A stretch of 32,000 nucleotides of DNA from Planctopirus limnophila DSM 3776 (GTDB lineage: Bacteria; Planctomycetota; Planctomycetia; Planctomycetales; Planctomycetaceae). The DNA is taken from the NCBI RefSeq assembly GCF_000092105.1, contig NC_014148.1:4800001-4832000 (forward strand), given 5' to 3'. The notes below the pieces were generated by a model. The model was not told the DNA's origin. It made no database searches and was given only the letters and a program-made list of their open reading frames with translations. Shown piece after piece: positions 6,807 through 16,422 of this stretch. Each line of letters begins with the position of its first letter. Within the stretch, counting starts at the first letter, position 1. The position numbers were made by a program, and so were the translations under genes.

Positions 6807-9758
6807 CTAACCACTTCCACCGGCGGACGTAGCCTGGTTGACATCCAGCTTGCCTGTGGTGGGGTTAAACTCGATGCGTTTGGCTGTTTGAGGTACGCCG
6901 CCTCCCGGGCCTTCGCGCCAGATCGTGGCTTCACGATTGCCAATGGCTTTAAGAATGAACAGTCCCTTCGACTGATCGTAGCTCACCTGATCGGCCCGGG
7001 CATGAAAGCCGTTGCCTTCAAGGATCGTGTTGCCATTGGCGAACAGTTCCATCCATGGTTTCTGGCCGGAATTCGCCGCACTCTCCAGCGGCTGACGCTG
7101 GATAAGTTCCAGACTGTCGCAACGCATCGAGCCGGCATTTTTGGTCAATTGATCGGGATGAATCGTCGCGACAGAGGTATCGACGGGCCCGTGAACCACT
7201 TGAACTCGATCATGGAAGGTCGTGCCGCGTGATTCGATGTTTCCGATCATTTTGCCATTAAAATCGACACTGGTGTAATCCCACGGGCTCTGGTCCGCTG
7301 TGAGTGGCCGGTTGGCGCGGGCGGATGAGGCAGAAGCTTGCTGGATCGTCGATTCCGGCTCGCGGCGCCAGATCTGTAATTTCCCTTTGCCAATCGCACT
7401 GGCGGCACCAGTCGCCGGTTCCAGCCTCAACTGCCAGACATTGGCCCGGCGAATCTGCGTGAGCAGGCCCTGCTTACGTTCGTAACTTTCCAGACGCACA
7501 CCATCCTTACACAGAATCACCGCCAGATCGGTTTTTGGTTGCTGGCCTTGCTGCTGCGCGAACAGGATGCGCTGCGTCAGTTCGACTTCCATCTGCTGAC
7601 AATTCATCCGGTGGTTATTGATCGCCTCGGGAGTGTGGCTCGCAAAACTGGCGAAGATGTTTCCATCGAAGGAGGCTTTACGGCCATCGAAGATCATTTT
7701 TTCCTGCCACGAGATATCCAGAATTTCGGGCTGCGCCATCAATTGACCCGAAGTATCTTTTTCGATGGGTAACTGAATATTTCCTGCCCCATCGACCCAG
7801 GCCAGATTCTCAGTGCGATCGAGGTGCACGGCTGGCCCGCGAATGAGCATACCACTATCACGAATCTCTGCGGGAGAGCCGTAAACGTGCACGACTTGCC
7901 GGGCTTCGCCTTCGTTTTTGAGATGAAGCTTCTGTCCGCGCAGATCGAGAGGTGGCTTGTTATCAATGCGTGCCTGGCTGAGCTGAAAATCTTTCTCCGT
8001 CCAGACATCGCTCACCATGGGCTCGCCCGTTTTCAGATCGGGCTTCATGAGCACCTTCAAATGTCCGGCTTTCATGCGAAATGGCTTCGAGTTGGCACCA
8101 GATGATGGAGTGCCTGACGCGGGAAGCATCCCTTCCGAACTGTTACCAGCAGACTTTTGGCTTTCTGGTTTCTTTTCACCTGGCTGACGATTGAAGTCGC
8201 CCTCGAAATCGACCAGTAACGTCTCGGCTTCGGCTTCGAGTTGAGGCGAAAGCATGGCGACGTTCTTTTCCGCGAGGAGACGACGGGGCTGAATATTCAA
8301 AGCGTCCGGCTGTAAATTGCCACTCTGTTGGCTCGCCACTGAAGGCGCGGGCCTGCCGGGAGCCAGGCTGAGAGGTGTGACCCAGACACGGATCTGGTCG
8401 GCACCCAGAGCGGTTTTCTGGCCTGGCTGTCGGAAGGACGCCTGATTATTCAGTTCGATGACATCGAGCCGGGTTTCGGGATCGGCAAATTTTCTGAGGT
8501 GAGTTTTCCAGCCGGCGGCGTATTGAATGAGTTGTGTCGCTGGGTCGCGAGTTTCGAGTACGCCTGGCCCTGCGCAGAGAATGTCGCCAATAGTGTCTGC
8601 CTCGCCAATGGCGATCTGCACGCCGGGCGACTGCAATCGATTTTCGCCATGCCAGAGCTGCACCCCTTTGGGATCACTCATCACAAGAATGCGATCGACG
8701 GCGTTGTAAACGAGAGAAGTCATCTCGCCTTTGAAGTTCTGCTGAGTCGAAACGGTGCGGACCAGTCGTCCTTCGGCCTTGAGTGATGCAAATCTCAGAT
8801 CGGTGCGGATCCTGCGGAACTCGGCCTCTTCGGGCTTCGCTGTGGGGGGAGCAGGGACTTGCGACACGTCCTCTGGCTTTCGGGGAACAAAGCCGAGAGT
8901 GAGCCGTTCGCAGCGCAGCCAGTCTGTCTGTCCGGCCACGGGTTCGCGATAAACAAGCACGTCGTCTTTCTGCGCACGCTCGGCTTCGAAGATGGCCACT
9001 TCATCTTCGACCAGATACTCGAAGCTGCCTGCGGTTTTGATGTGCAGAGGAAGTGGTTCCTGCTTGTTCTTGAGCACCACTTCCATTTTGACATTCCGCC
9101 GGAGCCTGACACTTTTGAGACCGATAATGGCGGGTCGATCAGAGTGCATGGTGTATTCAGCGGGGATCAGCTCGGCCTGCAACTGACCGGCAGTCCCACG
9201 ATGAGGCCCCAGGGCAAACGAAACCGGGTGATCGCTGTACATGCGAGCTGCCGATTCCGACAGATAAAAGTTGCGCCCCTTGATCATCAGCCCTTCCGGG
9301 CCAGCTACAGAGACCTCGCCTTCCAGCGCACCGGCGATAATACGCCCCGGGTTTGGTGAGCGGACATCGAATTGCGAGGCAAACTTAAGCAGTGCCGATT
9401 CTGCGACCAGTGTAGTGATCTGCGTTTTCCCTTTACGCTCATTGACCATCACCATGGCGAGTGGACGAAAGCGAATTTCGCCTCGATTTCCTTCCGGCAT
9501 CCACTCGTTGGCATACAGGTAGGTATGATCCGAGCGAATCTGATACTGAGAATCGATCGCCCAGGGGACATGCGGCAGATGTTCGCGGGCAATGCGTACG
9601 TTCTCGGCACTGCTGGAGAGACGTTCGTGGGGTTCCGCGACCGCTATGGTGACCTGTCTCTCGGGACGGGCCAGGAGCCAGCCACTCGCCACGCGATAGG
9701 CCATAAAGAGGCCCAACAGGCCCGATACGACAGTCCCTGTCAGCATCAGTCGCTTCAT
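6807..9758 (-). CDS. Large N-terminally anchored periplasmic protein, possibly a multi-module OstA/LptC-LptA-like protein
   Basis: 983 aa. N-terminal TM helix LTGTVVSGLLGLFMAY. The start ATG overlaps the kdsD stop (ATGA at 9755-9758). The C-terminal segment NGNTILEGNGFHARADQVSYDQSKGLFILKAIGNREATIW resembles the GNV..L.....A..I.YD motif of OstA/LptA modules. The domain call is by eye only. Confidence 0.45.
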   Translation of the reverse strand: MKRLMLTGTVVSGLLGLFMAYRVASGWLLARPERQVTIAVAEPHERLSSSAENVRIAREHLPHVPWAIDSQYQIRSDHTYLYANEWMPEGNRGEIRFRPLAMVMVNERKGKTQITTLVAESALLKFASQFDVRSPNPGRIIAGALEGEVSVAGPEGLMIKGRNFYLSESAARMYSDHPVSFALGPHRGTAGQLQAELIPAEYTMHSDRPAIIGLKSVRLRRNVKMEVVLKNKQEPLPLHIKTAGSFEYLVEDEVAIFEAERAQKDDVLVYREPVAGQTDWLRCERLTLGFVPRKPEDVSQVPAPPTAKPEEAEFRRIRTDLRFASLKAEGRLVRTVSTQQNFKGEMTSLVYNAVDRILVMSDPKGVQLWHGENRLQSPGVQIAIGEADTIGDILCAGPGVLETRDPATQLIQYAAGWKTHLRKFADPETRLDVIELNNQASFRQPGQKTALGADQIRVWVTPLSLAPGRPAPSVASQQSGNLQPDALNIQPRRLLAEKNVAMLSPQLEAEAETLLVDFEGDFNRQPGEKKPESQKSAGNSSEGMLPASGTPSSGANSKPFRMKAGHLKVLMKPDLKTGEPMVSDVWTEKDFQLSQARIDNKPPLDLRGQKLHLKNEGEARQVVHVYGSPAEIRDSGMLIRGPAVHLDRTENLAWVDGAGNIQLPIEKDTSGQLMAQPEILDISWQEKMIFDGRKASFDGNIFASFASHTPEAINNHRMNCQQMEVELTQRILFAQQQGQQPKTDLAVILCKDGVRLESYERKQGLLTQIRRANVWQLRLEPATGAASAIGKGKLQIWRREPESTIQQASASSARANRPLTADQSPWDYTSVDFNGKMIGNIESRGTTFHDRVQVVHGPVDTSVATIHPDQLTKNAGSMRCDSLELIQRQPLESAANSGQKPWMELFANGNTILEGNGFHARADQVSYDQSKGLFILKAIGNREATIWREGPGGGVPQTAKRIEFNPTTGKLDVNQATSAGGSG

Positions 9759-10930
9759 GCGGAGGGCTTTGTATCCGGGGAATGTCCCGCAGTCCTGGCG
9801 GGAAAGGTGATGGTATGAGGCGATGCGGAATCTCTGGGTGAATGCTCTCGCCCCGCCCCTGAAGGATCGACAGGAGCTGCCGTTTCGAGAGGCGTCAGGC
9901 CAATCATGTCGGTGATATCAACCAGTCCGACAGGATGTCCTGATTCATCGACAACAGGGAACTCACTCAGGCGGCGTTCGGCAAACAGCTGCAGCACTTC
10001 TTCCAGCAGCATGGTGGGTGAAATTGTGGTCGGGCGGCTGGTCATCACGTTACGAATGGGGGCATCGAGTTGCTCGTCACGTTTCTGTTCGAGCAATCGG
10101 GCAAGATCGCTATCAGTAAAAATACCTGTCAGCAGGCCCTCTTCATCGACGAGCATGACGGCCCCAGTCCGTCGCCCGGGTCTGGATTGCCCGATAAAGA
10201 CATTCCTCACAGAGGTTGTTTCGAGAGCAATACGGACATCCTGTGCTTTTCGCATCACTTCACTGACGACCGTCAAGCGGCGGCCCAAGGTCCCGGCAGG
10301 GTGCAATCGGGCAAAATCGCGAGCAGAGAAAGATCGACGTTTACAAGTGACAAACGCCAGTGCATCGCCAATCGCCAGCATGGCGGTTGTCGAGGTCGAA
10401 GGGGCGAGTCCCTGGACACCACACTCATGCAGGCGACCCATGGTGACAACCACTTGCGAGGCCCGGCCCAGAGTACTGACGGGCGAGGCGGTGACACTGA
10501 CCACGGGAATGCCCCGTGCTTCAAAAATCGGCAGCAAGGCGAGCAGTTCTGCGGTCTCGCCACTGTTGGAAAAGGCCAGGATCACATCGTCTGGCCCCAC
10601 ACAGCCCAGGTCGCCGTGCAAGGCTTCTGTGGGATGGAGAAAATAAGCGCGCGAGCCCGTCGAGCACAACGTGGCGGTGATCTTCTGGCCAATGAGGCCC
10701 GCTTTACCAATCCCGGTGACAATCACGGCCCCGCGAGTATTCGAAAGGTATTCGACAGCCGCACAGAACGAAGCATCGAGCCGACGGGAAAGATCGAGCA
10801 GCGCCTGTCCTTCGGTGCGGAGAATCTCACGGCCTTCACGCAGCTCGTCGAGTGGAGTGATCATGGCTGCTTCGTCAGCATGGCGCGCGGGCTCGAAAGC
10901 CGACGCGGCGGCAGCAGGTCGCGCACTCAT
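9755..10930 (-). CDS. kdsD: KpsF/GutQ-family arabinose-5-phosphate isomerase (SIS domain plus CBS pair)
   Basis: SIS motifs VIVTGIGKAGLIGQKITATLCSTG and ILAFSNSGETAEL, followed by a tandem CBS region (VMLVDEEGLLTGIFTDSDL, EFPVVDESGHPVGLVDITD). I place the start at the ATG at 10930 because GGAGGA lies 6 nt upstream. The track ORF starts at 10972. Confidence 0.88.
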   Translation of the reverse strand: MSARPAAAASAFEPARHADEAAMITPLDELREGREILRTEGQALLDLSRRLDASFCAAVEYLSNTRGAVIVTGIGKAGLIGQKITATLCSTGSRAYFLHPTEALHGDLGCVGPDDVILAFSNSGETAELLALLPIFEARGIPVVSVTASPVSTLGRASQVVVTMGRLHECGVQGLAPSTSTTAMLAIGDALAFVTCKRRSFSARDFARLHPAGTLGRRLTVVSEVMRKAQDVRIALETTSVRNVFIGQSRPGRRTGAVMLVDEEGLLTGIFTDSDLARLLEQKRDEQLDAPIRNVMTSRPTTISPTMLLEEVLQLFAERRLSEFPVVDESGHPVGLVDITDMIGLTPLETAAPVDPSGAGREHSPRDSASPHTITFPARTAGHSPDTKPSA

Positions 10931-11208
10931 GACTGATCCTCCATGAACAGACCAGAACTCTCTTCCCGACATGCGTTCAATCCCTGAGCAGCGGGATAGG
11001 AAAGATAGACTGCAATCGATTTTCGGTCAATCCGCATCGGGCAGAACTGCAGCGGCTCATAAATGCACATAAGTTGAACAGACAAAAGATGTTGTGTTGA
11101 TTTAAGCAAATTGTCCAGATCGCATCAGTTTCACAGGGTTGCTGAACGACGTGAGCAAATTCGCAGTTCACTCGCCCTTCATCTTTTCAGCTTCTGGTGC
11201 GCGAGAAA

Positions 11209-12465
11209 TTAGCGCTGCAGGCTCTGGCCAATCAATGAAAGTGCTCGAATATGGCGTGCCGCTTCGCGATGGCCCAGCCGGGGTGTCATCGCAGCGATCT
11301 CGGCCTGATGGATCGCTTCCAGTGCCTGATCGACCTGTTGAGCATCATTCTGTAAGCGACTCGACAGGCGGCGTTTGCGACCGGAAGCTTCCTGCAGTCG
11401 ATATTCCGTCAGCCAGTACCTTAAATACTGAAATAGCACGAACTGGCAATCCGCTGATCGCCAGAGAATTCGCCCCAGAGCACTGGTGTGTTCGACGATT
11501 TCCCGCTGAGACGTTTCTTCGAGAACAACCGTGGGCCCGAACCGGCAACTGTTCCACCAGCCATAGAGCATGAACAGCAGCAGAATCTGCACGGAAATCG
11601 AACGCAGTGGCGGCTGAAACAAGACACCCATCATCTGGGGTGTCGCCCGGGTATTGAGAGATTCATCAAAAGCGATGACGACATCGTCCAGGCTTTGCCC
11701 CGGCCCGGCAGCTTCGCGAATCAGTTCAAAAGCCAGAGCACTGTTATCGCCATAGGTCAGAAGCTGGTTGGAAAAGATCCACGGGCTGGCAACAAAAAGA
11801 GCCGACCCTCGCCCCGCATTCACCATGACAGCCTGAGGCGAGCCATCCTGAGAAACAAGCACCTTTCCGCCGGGAGTCGATGTCACTTCCCCTTCCGGCC
11901 ACCACAGAAACCGGCCTCCTAAGGGGAGGTTCAACTGCGGTGGAATGCGGTCGTCAGCCGGGCCTTGTTCGGGCGTGATTTCGCCATCGAATGGGCCCAA
12001 AGAGTCGACTTCACCCGGAGGAGGCGCATAGACCAGGCGACCACCCATGTTGACCCACGAATAGAGGCTGTTCCACTCGGCTTCATTCGGAATTCGCGGC
12101 GGGTTCAAAATCAACAAGAGTGTGCCATCGGGGTCAACCAGTTCCATCAGTCGATCCAGTGGTGCATCGTTGCGATAGACAAAAGCATCCTGTTCGAGAA
12201 TCTCGTACAACGCCTTAAAACCATCGGCAGAAGCACTGTAACTCGTCGCAGTTCGAGGAGCAGGAATCGGGGGGAAGTAAAAGTGCATACCCAGCACAAC
12301 GGCTGCCAACGAACCCCAGATCAGACTGGGTATCAACCACTGCTGCTGCTTCCACGCGGGTTTTCGAGTCCCCTTTGTCAGAAGGGGAGCAGTTGCCGAC
12401 CGGTTCTGAGGGTTCATTGTCCCAGGGGGAGCGCCTGCCGATCGATCCGCAGGAAATCGACTCAT
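11209..12465 (-). CDS. DUF4350 domain protein
   Basis: 418 aa. N-terminal TM helix. The segment FKALYEILEQDAFVYRNDAPLDRLMELVDPDGTLLLILNPP...EWNSLYSWVNMGGRLVY matches the DUF4350 pattern as I recall it. The ATG overlaps the upstream stop (ATGA at 12462-12465). Confidence 0.6.
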   Translation of the reverse strand: MSRFPADRSAGAPPGTMNPQNRSATAPLLTKGTRKPAWKQQQWLIPSLIWGSLAAVVLGMHFYFPPIPAPRTATSYSASADGFKALYEILEQDAFVYRNDAPLDRLMELVDPDGTLLLILNPPRIPNEAEWNSLYSWVNMGGRLVYAPPPGEVDSLGPFDGEITPEQGPADDRIPPQLNLPLGGRFLWWPEGEVTSTPGGKVLVSQDGSPQAVMVNAGRGSALFVASPWIFSNQLLTYGDNSALAFELIREAAGPGQSLDDVVIAFDESLNTRATPQMMGVLFQPPLRSISVQILLLFMLYGWWNSCRFGPTVVLEETSQREIVEHTSALGRILWRSADCQFVLFQYLRYWLTEYRLQEASGRKRRLSSRLQNDAQQVDQALEAIHQAEIAAMTPRLGHREAARHIRALSLIGQSLQR

Positions 12466-14378
12466 AAGCCTTCTCCTGTGCGGAGAGCTGCTGGGAGGGA
12501 TTCGTTGCGAATCAGCGGTTCAAAAGTGCTGGCATAAGCAGTGCGGGCGGCCAGCCAGGCCTCGGCTGTGTGAGGTTGCCTGCCGAACTCGAGTGGTTCA
12601 AAAACTCGCACAATGGCTGAGAATCCGTGCGAAAGATCGGTTTCAAATCCCATGGCCCGCTGATAGTCGCGGAGAGTCAAACCCCGTCGATAACGCACCA
12701 GGCCCGATCGTTCGGCGAAACTCATCCCGCTGAGAAGTAATTGGGCAATCGCATCGCGATAACGACCCAGCCCTGCCAGTTCGTCAGCCCGGGCCAGGTA
12801 GATATCAGCCGGGATGAGGCCAGGCTCAGAAAGAATTTCACCTTCTTCAAGGGCTGTCGTATTTGCGTCGGTGAACTCCAGTTCTCGGGAACGTAGAGAG
12901 GCCATAATCGACATGACAATTGCGATAATAATGGCCGCGACGACGACCGCCACGATGAGATAGGCCAGAAAAGTTCCGACGGCCCCCAGCCCGAGTAGAG
13001 AACTCAGATCCAGAGAGGGTGCGTTCATCCCGGAGGAAGGTGTGGCGGGTTCCGAAGGAGAAGAGCTTTTGGATGACGAAGGTTGACTCTGCGAACTGGA
13101 GGATTCACTCCCCTTGGAACTGGCACGTGATTTCGATCGCTGGACCTTTTTTTCTGTGCCATCGCCAGAACCCTTCTTTGAAGAACGCATGGAACCTGGC
13201 AAGGTGCGGGAACTGCTGGTATCGCTGTTAGACGAGCGGGATCTGGGAGGTAATAACGATTCCCGAGACTGTTCAACGCCTTCAACATCGTCGGCATTGA
13301 AGTGCTCGAAGTAACGGTACTCCGGTTGTTCGAGTGTTTTCCGCGCCTGAGGAACAACGGGGTGACTGGGAACTTGAACTGCATCGGCAGCGCGGGCCGA
13401 TAGCGGTGCATTTCCCAGTATCAGCGAAAGTAATCCCAATGTCGCCAGAGCCAACAGGCCCACGCGTAAAGGCCTGGGCGTCGATTTCCGGCGAATGTCG
13501 TGAGCCGCCTGGTTCATCGCCAGTTCGAGATCCCAGCAGTCTTCGCGGACACGTAGATTGATATATTCACCCACCCAGGCGAGACGACCCAGCGAAAAAG
13601 CCGCCAGTACGCACAACGTAGCTGCAAAGAGCAGTCGAGGATCGGTCGTGAGAAACAACGTCGAGATCTCCCAATACTCTTCGGGGACAGCATCGATGGC
13701 TGCTAATCCCTGATTCATTTTCAGCAGTGGCCCCAGGCAGAACGAAGCACCAAACCAGACTTCCGCCAGAACATCTGCAGAGATCAGGAGCACGATCGAC
13801 AGGCAGAAGATCCAGATCCCCAGACCAAAGGCATTGACCACGAGATCGGAATGATGCGAGCTGATCAGCTTCTTCAGATGGTGTTCGTGTCCACTTTTCC
13901 GCCGCGACCGCAACGCATGATTTTCGGGTTGAAAAGTGAAATGGACAGCAGCCACCAGGCTGCCAATACCACACATCAAAAGACCCGCCAGTGCAGCCAT
14001 CCGGCGGAGAATTGACATCACAATGAGCTTGGAACGGACTTGTCGTAACGCCTCTCGATAGGTGGTGGCATTTCCCATTAGTAAAGCCGTCATGGTGGTG
14101 GCAATGACGGCACCCAATGGGCCCGAAACCAGCACCCAGAGAACCGGGGCGCACCACGCCAGGCGATAATCAATCATCGACAACCCGGCAATCGCACATG
14201 CCGTGGGCAAGGCCATGGCCAGGTAGGTCAGAATCAAACCTTTCCACTGCCAGCGGAGAGCATGGAAGGCCAGATCGATCGAGTTCAGCAGCGAGAGGCC
14301 ACGCAGATCGACCTGAGGGACTGCGGCTGGCTCTCGTCGATCCGAAGAAGCGGCATCAAGGGTTGGCTTCTGGTTCAT
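12462..14378 (-). CDS. Polytopic membrane protein with a C-terminal DUF4129 domain
   Basis: Multiple N-terminal hydrophobic segments. Central Ser/Lys-rich low-complexity linker (SSNSDTSSS...SESSSSQSQPSSSKSSSPS). One further TM helix. C-terminal DUF4129-like region ADIYLARADELAGLGRYRDAIAQLLLSGM...LTLRDYQRAM...FEPLEFGRQP. I prefer the start at the ATG at 14378, which gives an ATGA overlap with the upstream stop. The track ORF starts at 14426. Confidence 0.6.
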   Translation of the reverse strand: MNQKPTLDAASSDRREPAAVPQVDLRGLSLLNSIDLAFHALRWQWKGLILTYLAMALPTACAIAGLSMIDYRLAWCAPVLWVLVSGPLGAVIATTMTALLMGNATTYREALRQVRSKLIVMSILRRMAALAGLLMCGIGSLVAAVHFTFQPENHALRSRRKSGHEHHLKKLISSHHSDLVVNAFGLGIWIFCLSIVLLISADVLAEVWFGASFCLGPLLKMNQGLAAIDAVPEEYWEISTLFLTTDPRLLFAATLCVLAAFSLGRLAWVGEYINLRVREDCWDLELAMNQAAHDIRRKSTPRPLRVGLLALATLGLLSLILGNAPLSARAADAVQVPSHPVVPQARKTLEQPEYRYFEHFNADDVEGVEQSRESLLPPRSRSSNSDTSSSRTLPGSMRSSKKGSGDGTEKKVQRSKSRASSKGSESSSSQSQPSSSKSSSPSEPATPSSGMNAPSLDLSSLLGLGAVGTFLAYLIVAVVVAAIIIAIVMSIMASLRSRELEFTDANTTALEEGEILSEPGLIPADIYLARADELAGLGRYRDAIAQLLLSGMSFAERSGLVRYRRGLTLRDYQRAMGFETDLSHGFSAIVRVFEPLEFGRQPHTAEAWLAARTAYASTFEPLIRNESLPAALRTGEGL

Positions 14379-15373
14379 GTGCGCTCCCTGCCTGACCAGC
14401 CCAGGTACATGGCGACGCTGAACCACAGAAATCCACCCACCAGAAATTTGTATTCCGATGGAATCGGAGCAGGTGACCAGAACGCTTCAATGAGTGCCGC
14501 CACCACCAGCATGAAGGCTGCTCCTACGGCCATTTGCCCGGCATCTCTCCCTCGCAAACGCAGTGCCGACCAGCGTGACAACTGGCCCGGATGAAGTGCT
14601 GCATCTCCCACAAGCAGCCCGGCCCCACCAGCAATCGCAATCGCTGTTAATTCAAATGAGCCGTGAGAAACGACAAAGCCCAGAAAGCGATCGGCATGAC
14701 CGAGCGAAAGGACATAACCAGCCGTGGCTCCAATCGAAATGCCATTAAAAAGCAGCGTGTAGATCGTCCCAATGCCCAGGAGAATCCCGCGGGCAAAACA
14801 TTGCAGGGCAATCCCAACGTTATGCTGGACATAGAAGCCAGCCATCGAAGCCCGCTCGTTGCCGTAATCGTTCCACGAATCAAACGAGAAGGCCGTCTCG
14901 TCGAGAGAGGCTGAATCTTCGCTCGAGTACATCATGTCGTACTGATCGAGCGCTTCCTGCGACATGAAACGTGCTGCCAGTGGGGGCTCATTCTGAATCA
15001 GAATCCAACTGATGATCAGCGGCCCAAAGAACAGAAGAGCGGCCAGCAGTTGATAGCCCCACCAGGTGCGGAAGATGCGGGGAAACTCCATGAACAGAAA
15101 CTGACCGATGGTATGCCACGTTCCCGCGCGAGGGGCGTGGAAATAATCATGCCCCCTAGCCAACAGCCGGTTCAGATATTCTTCGAGATCAAGGCCCCAG
15201 TCGCGTGTCCGTACCAGTTCGAGATCGTGGGCGACTTCGCGCAGTTGACGCGAAAAGGCCAGCACTTCCTCAGACGAGAGCCGCCGCTGGTTGACGGTTT
15301 CGACACGTCTGAGCGATTTTTCGAAGTTTTGCCAGGCCGGTTTTCGCTGGGCCAGAAAAGTGGCTCGCTTCAC
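14375..15373 (-). CDS. Stage II sporulation protein M-like (SpoIIM/DUF95) integral membrane protein
   Basis: 332 aa. A soluble helical N-terminus (RKPAWQNFEKSLRRVE...) is followed by about 5-6 hydrophobic segments, the usual layout for this family in RDD/DUF4129/DUF4350 clusters. The GTG start overlaps the RDD gene stop (GTGA at 15370-15373). Confidence 0.55.
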   Translation of the reverse strand: MKRATFLAQRKPAWQNFEKSLRRVETVNQRRLSSEEVLAFSRQLREVAHDLELVRTRDWGLDLEEYLNRLLARGHDYFHAPRAGTWHTIGQFLFMEFPRIFRTWWGYQLLAALLFFGPLIISWILIQNEPPLAARFMSQEALDQYDMMYSSEDSASLDETAFSFDSWNDYGNERASMAGFYVQHNVGIALQCFARGILLGIGTIYTLLFNGISIGATAGYVLSLGHADRFLGFVVSHGSFELTAIAIAGGAGLLVGDAALHPGQLSRWSALRLRGRDAGQMAVGAAFMLVVAALIEAFWSPAPIPSEYKFLVGGFLWFSVAMYLGWSGRERT

Positions 15374-16230
15374 ATGAGCCTCGCTTTCGCAGGCGTGATG
15401 ACGGCCGCTTTCTCATCTCGTGCGGTTTGAAATGTAGCACAGACCCGGGCGAGAAAGGCCATCGGGAACTTGCGCACCTGTTCGCGGTCACCGGTGAATT
15501 CCATCCGCTCTGCCAGAGTATCCGCCAGTTCGGAAGCCAGCTGATGCCCCCGCTGATAAGTCAGTTTGGAACGTCGCCCGAGAAACTCGGCAATCGTCGA
15601 CAATTGCGCCTGAGTGGGGGTAAAGCCATTCGATTCGTACCGGGTGATCGGGGCAATATGGTCGAGGATCATCGGTTGTTTCGGCAGGACAATCGGGTGA
15701 ACCTGCACGACCATTGTTCCCGCAGCGAGATCGCCCAGCCTTTGGAACTTTTGGGTCATCGACATGGCCAGAAGCCCCGGGCCATAGAAAGGGAGAATTC
15801 CGAGCCAGGCCACATCCTCAAACACCATGGCAATAGGCAGCATGTCGGCCACACGTAAAAGATTCCGCAGAACAGCCCCCCAGAAGGTGAGTGGTGCTCC
15901 CGAGGTATGAATCACCCGGATCCCTACCAGCCATTTGCCCATCGAATAGCCATTCCAGAAGCCTTCCTGAACGATGTAGTACAGCCACTCGATAAAGAAG
16001 AGTGCCAGCAGGATGCCACCAATTGTGAACCCGGGCAGGATGGCAGCCATTAGACAGGCACCGATCAGAAGTGCTGTGATGAGCAACACGCGGAAGAGGC
16101 AGTCGATGGCGTAGGCCGCACTGCGCAGGGCTGGGCCTGCCAGTTGGTAGGCGAGCCGGACATTTTCCGGCGTCTCGATACGAACATTCAAACTGACTTC
16201 AGCAGCCACACAGATTCTCCCGGGAAACAT
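15370..16230 (-). CDS. RDD family membrane protein
   Basis: 286 aa. The pattern R..AYAIDCLF ... GYSMGKWLVGIRV ... RLGDLAAGTMVV fits the R-D-D signature, with three hydrophobic segments. Confidence 0.65.
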   Translation of the reverse strand: MFPGRICVAAEVSLNVRIETPENVRLAYQLAGPALRSAAYAIDCLFRVLLITALLIGACLMAAILPGFTIGGILLALFFIEWLYYIVQEGFWNGYSMGKWLVGIRVIHTSGAPLTFWGAVLRNLLRVADMLPIAMVFEDVAWLGILPFYGPGLLAMSMTQKFQRLGDLAAGTMVVQVHPIVLPKQPMILDHIAPITRYESNGFTPTQAQLSTIAEFLGRRSKLTYQRGHQLASELADTLAERMEFTGDREQVRKFPMAFLARVCATFQTARDEKAAVITPAKARLM

Positions 16231-16345
16231 GACCGCAGATGAATCGTATCAGGGAGATCTGGTCAGAAGATAGCGGCGGGCTGAGCTTCACAGCACATTT
16301 GTGAGCGAACGACGAAAAGCTCAATTTTGAACACATCAAAACGCC

Positions 16346-16387
16346 GAAGCGTCGTCCCCCGCCTGCGAACTCGGGGGACGACGCTTC
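16346..16387 (-). terminator. Probable intrinsic terminator of the Pro-rich protein gene
   Basis: Perfect 16-bp GC-rich inverted repeat GAAGCGTCGTCCCCCG (16346-16361) / CGGGGGACGACGCTTC (16372-16387) with a 10-nt loop. It lies 36 nt downstream of the minus-strand stop. On the minus strand it is followed by GGCGTTTTG, a short T tract. Confidence 0.55.
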
Positions 16388-16422
16388 TCTCACAGGAACA
16401 GGCACTTGATTCGACAAGAAAA

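Noticed and set aside
9906-10936. Plus-strand ORFs (9906..10646, 246 aa; 10070..10936, 288 aa) opposite kdsD. Similar antisense ORFs lie opposite ugd (2151..2702), the ABC ATPase gene (22437..23048) and speH (17953..18657).
   Set aside because: In each case the opposite strand encodes a protein with unmistakable family motifs (SIS/CBS, UDPGDH, Walker A/B, ESHLS). The antisense products are low-complexity Arg/Ser/Gly-rich sequences.
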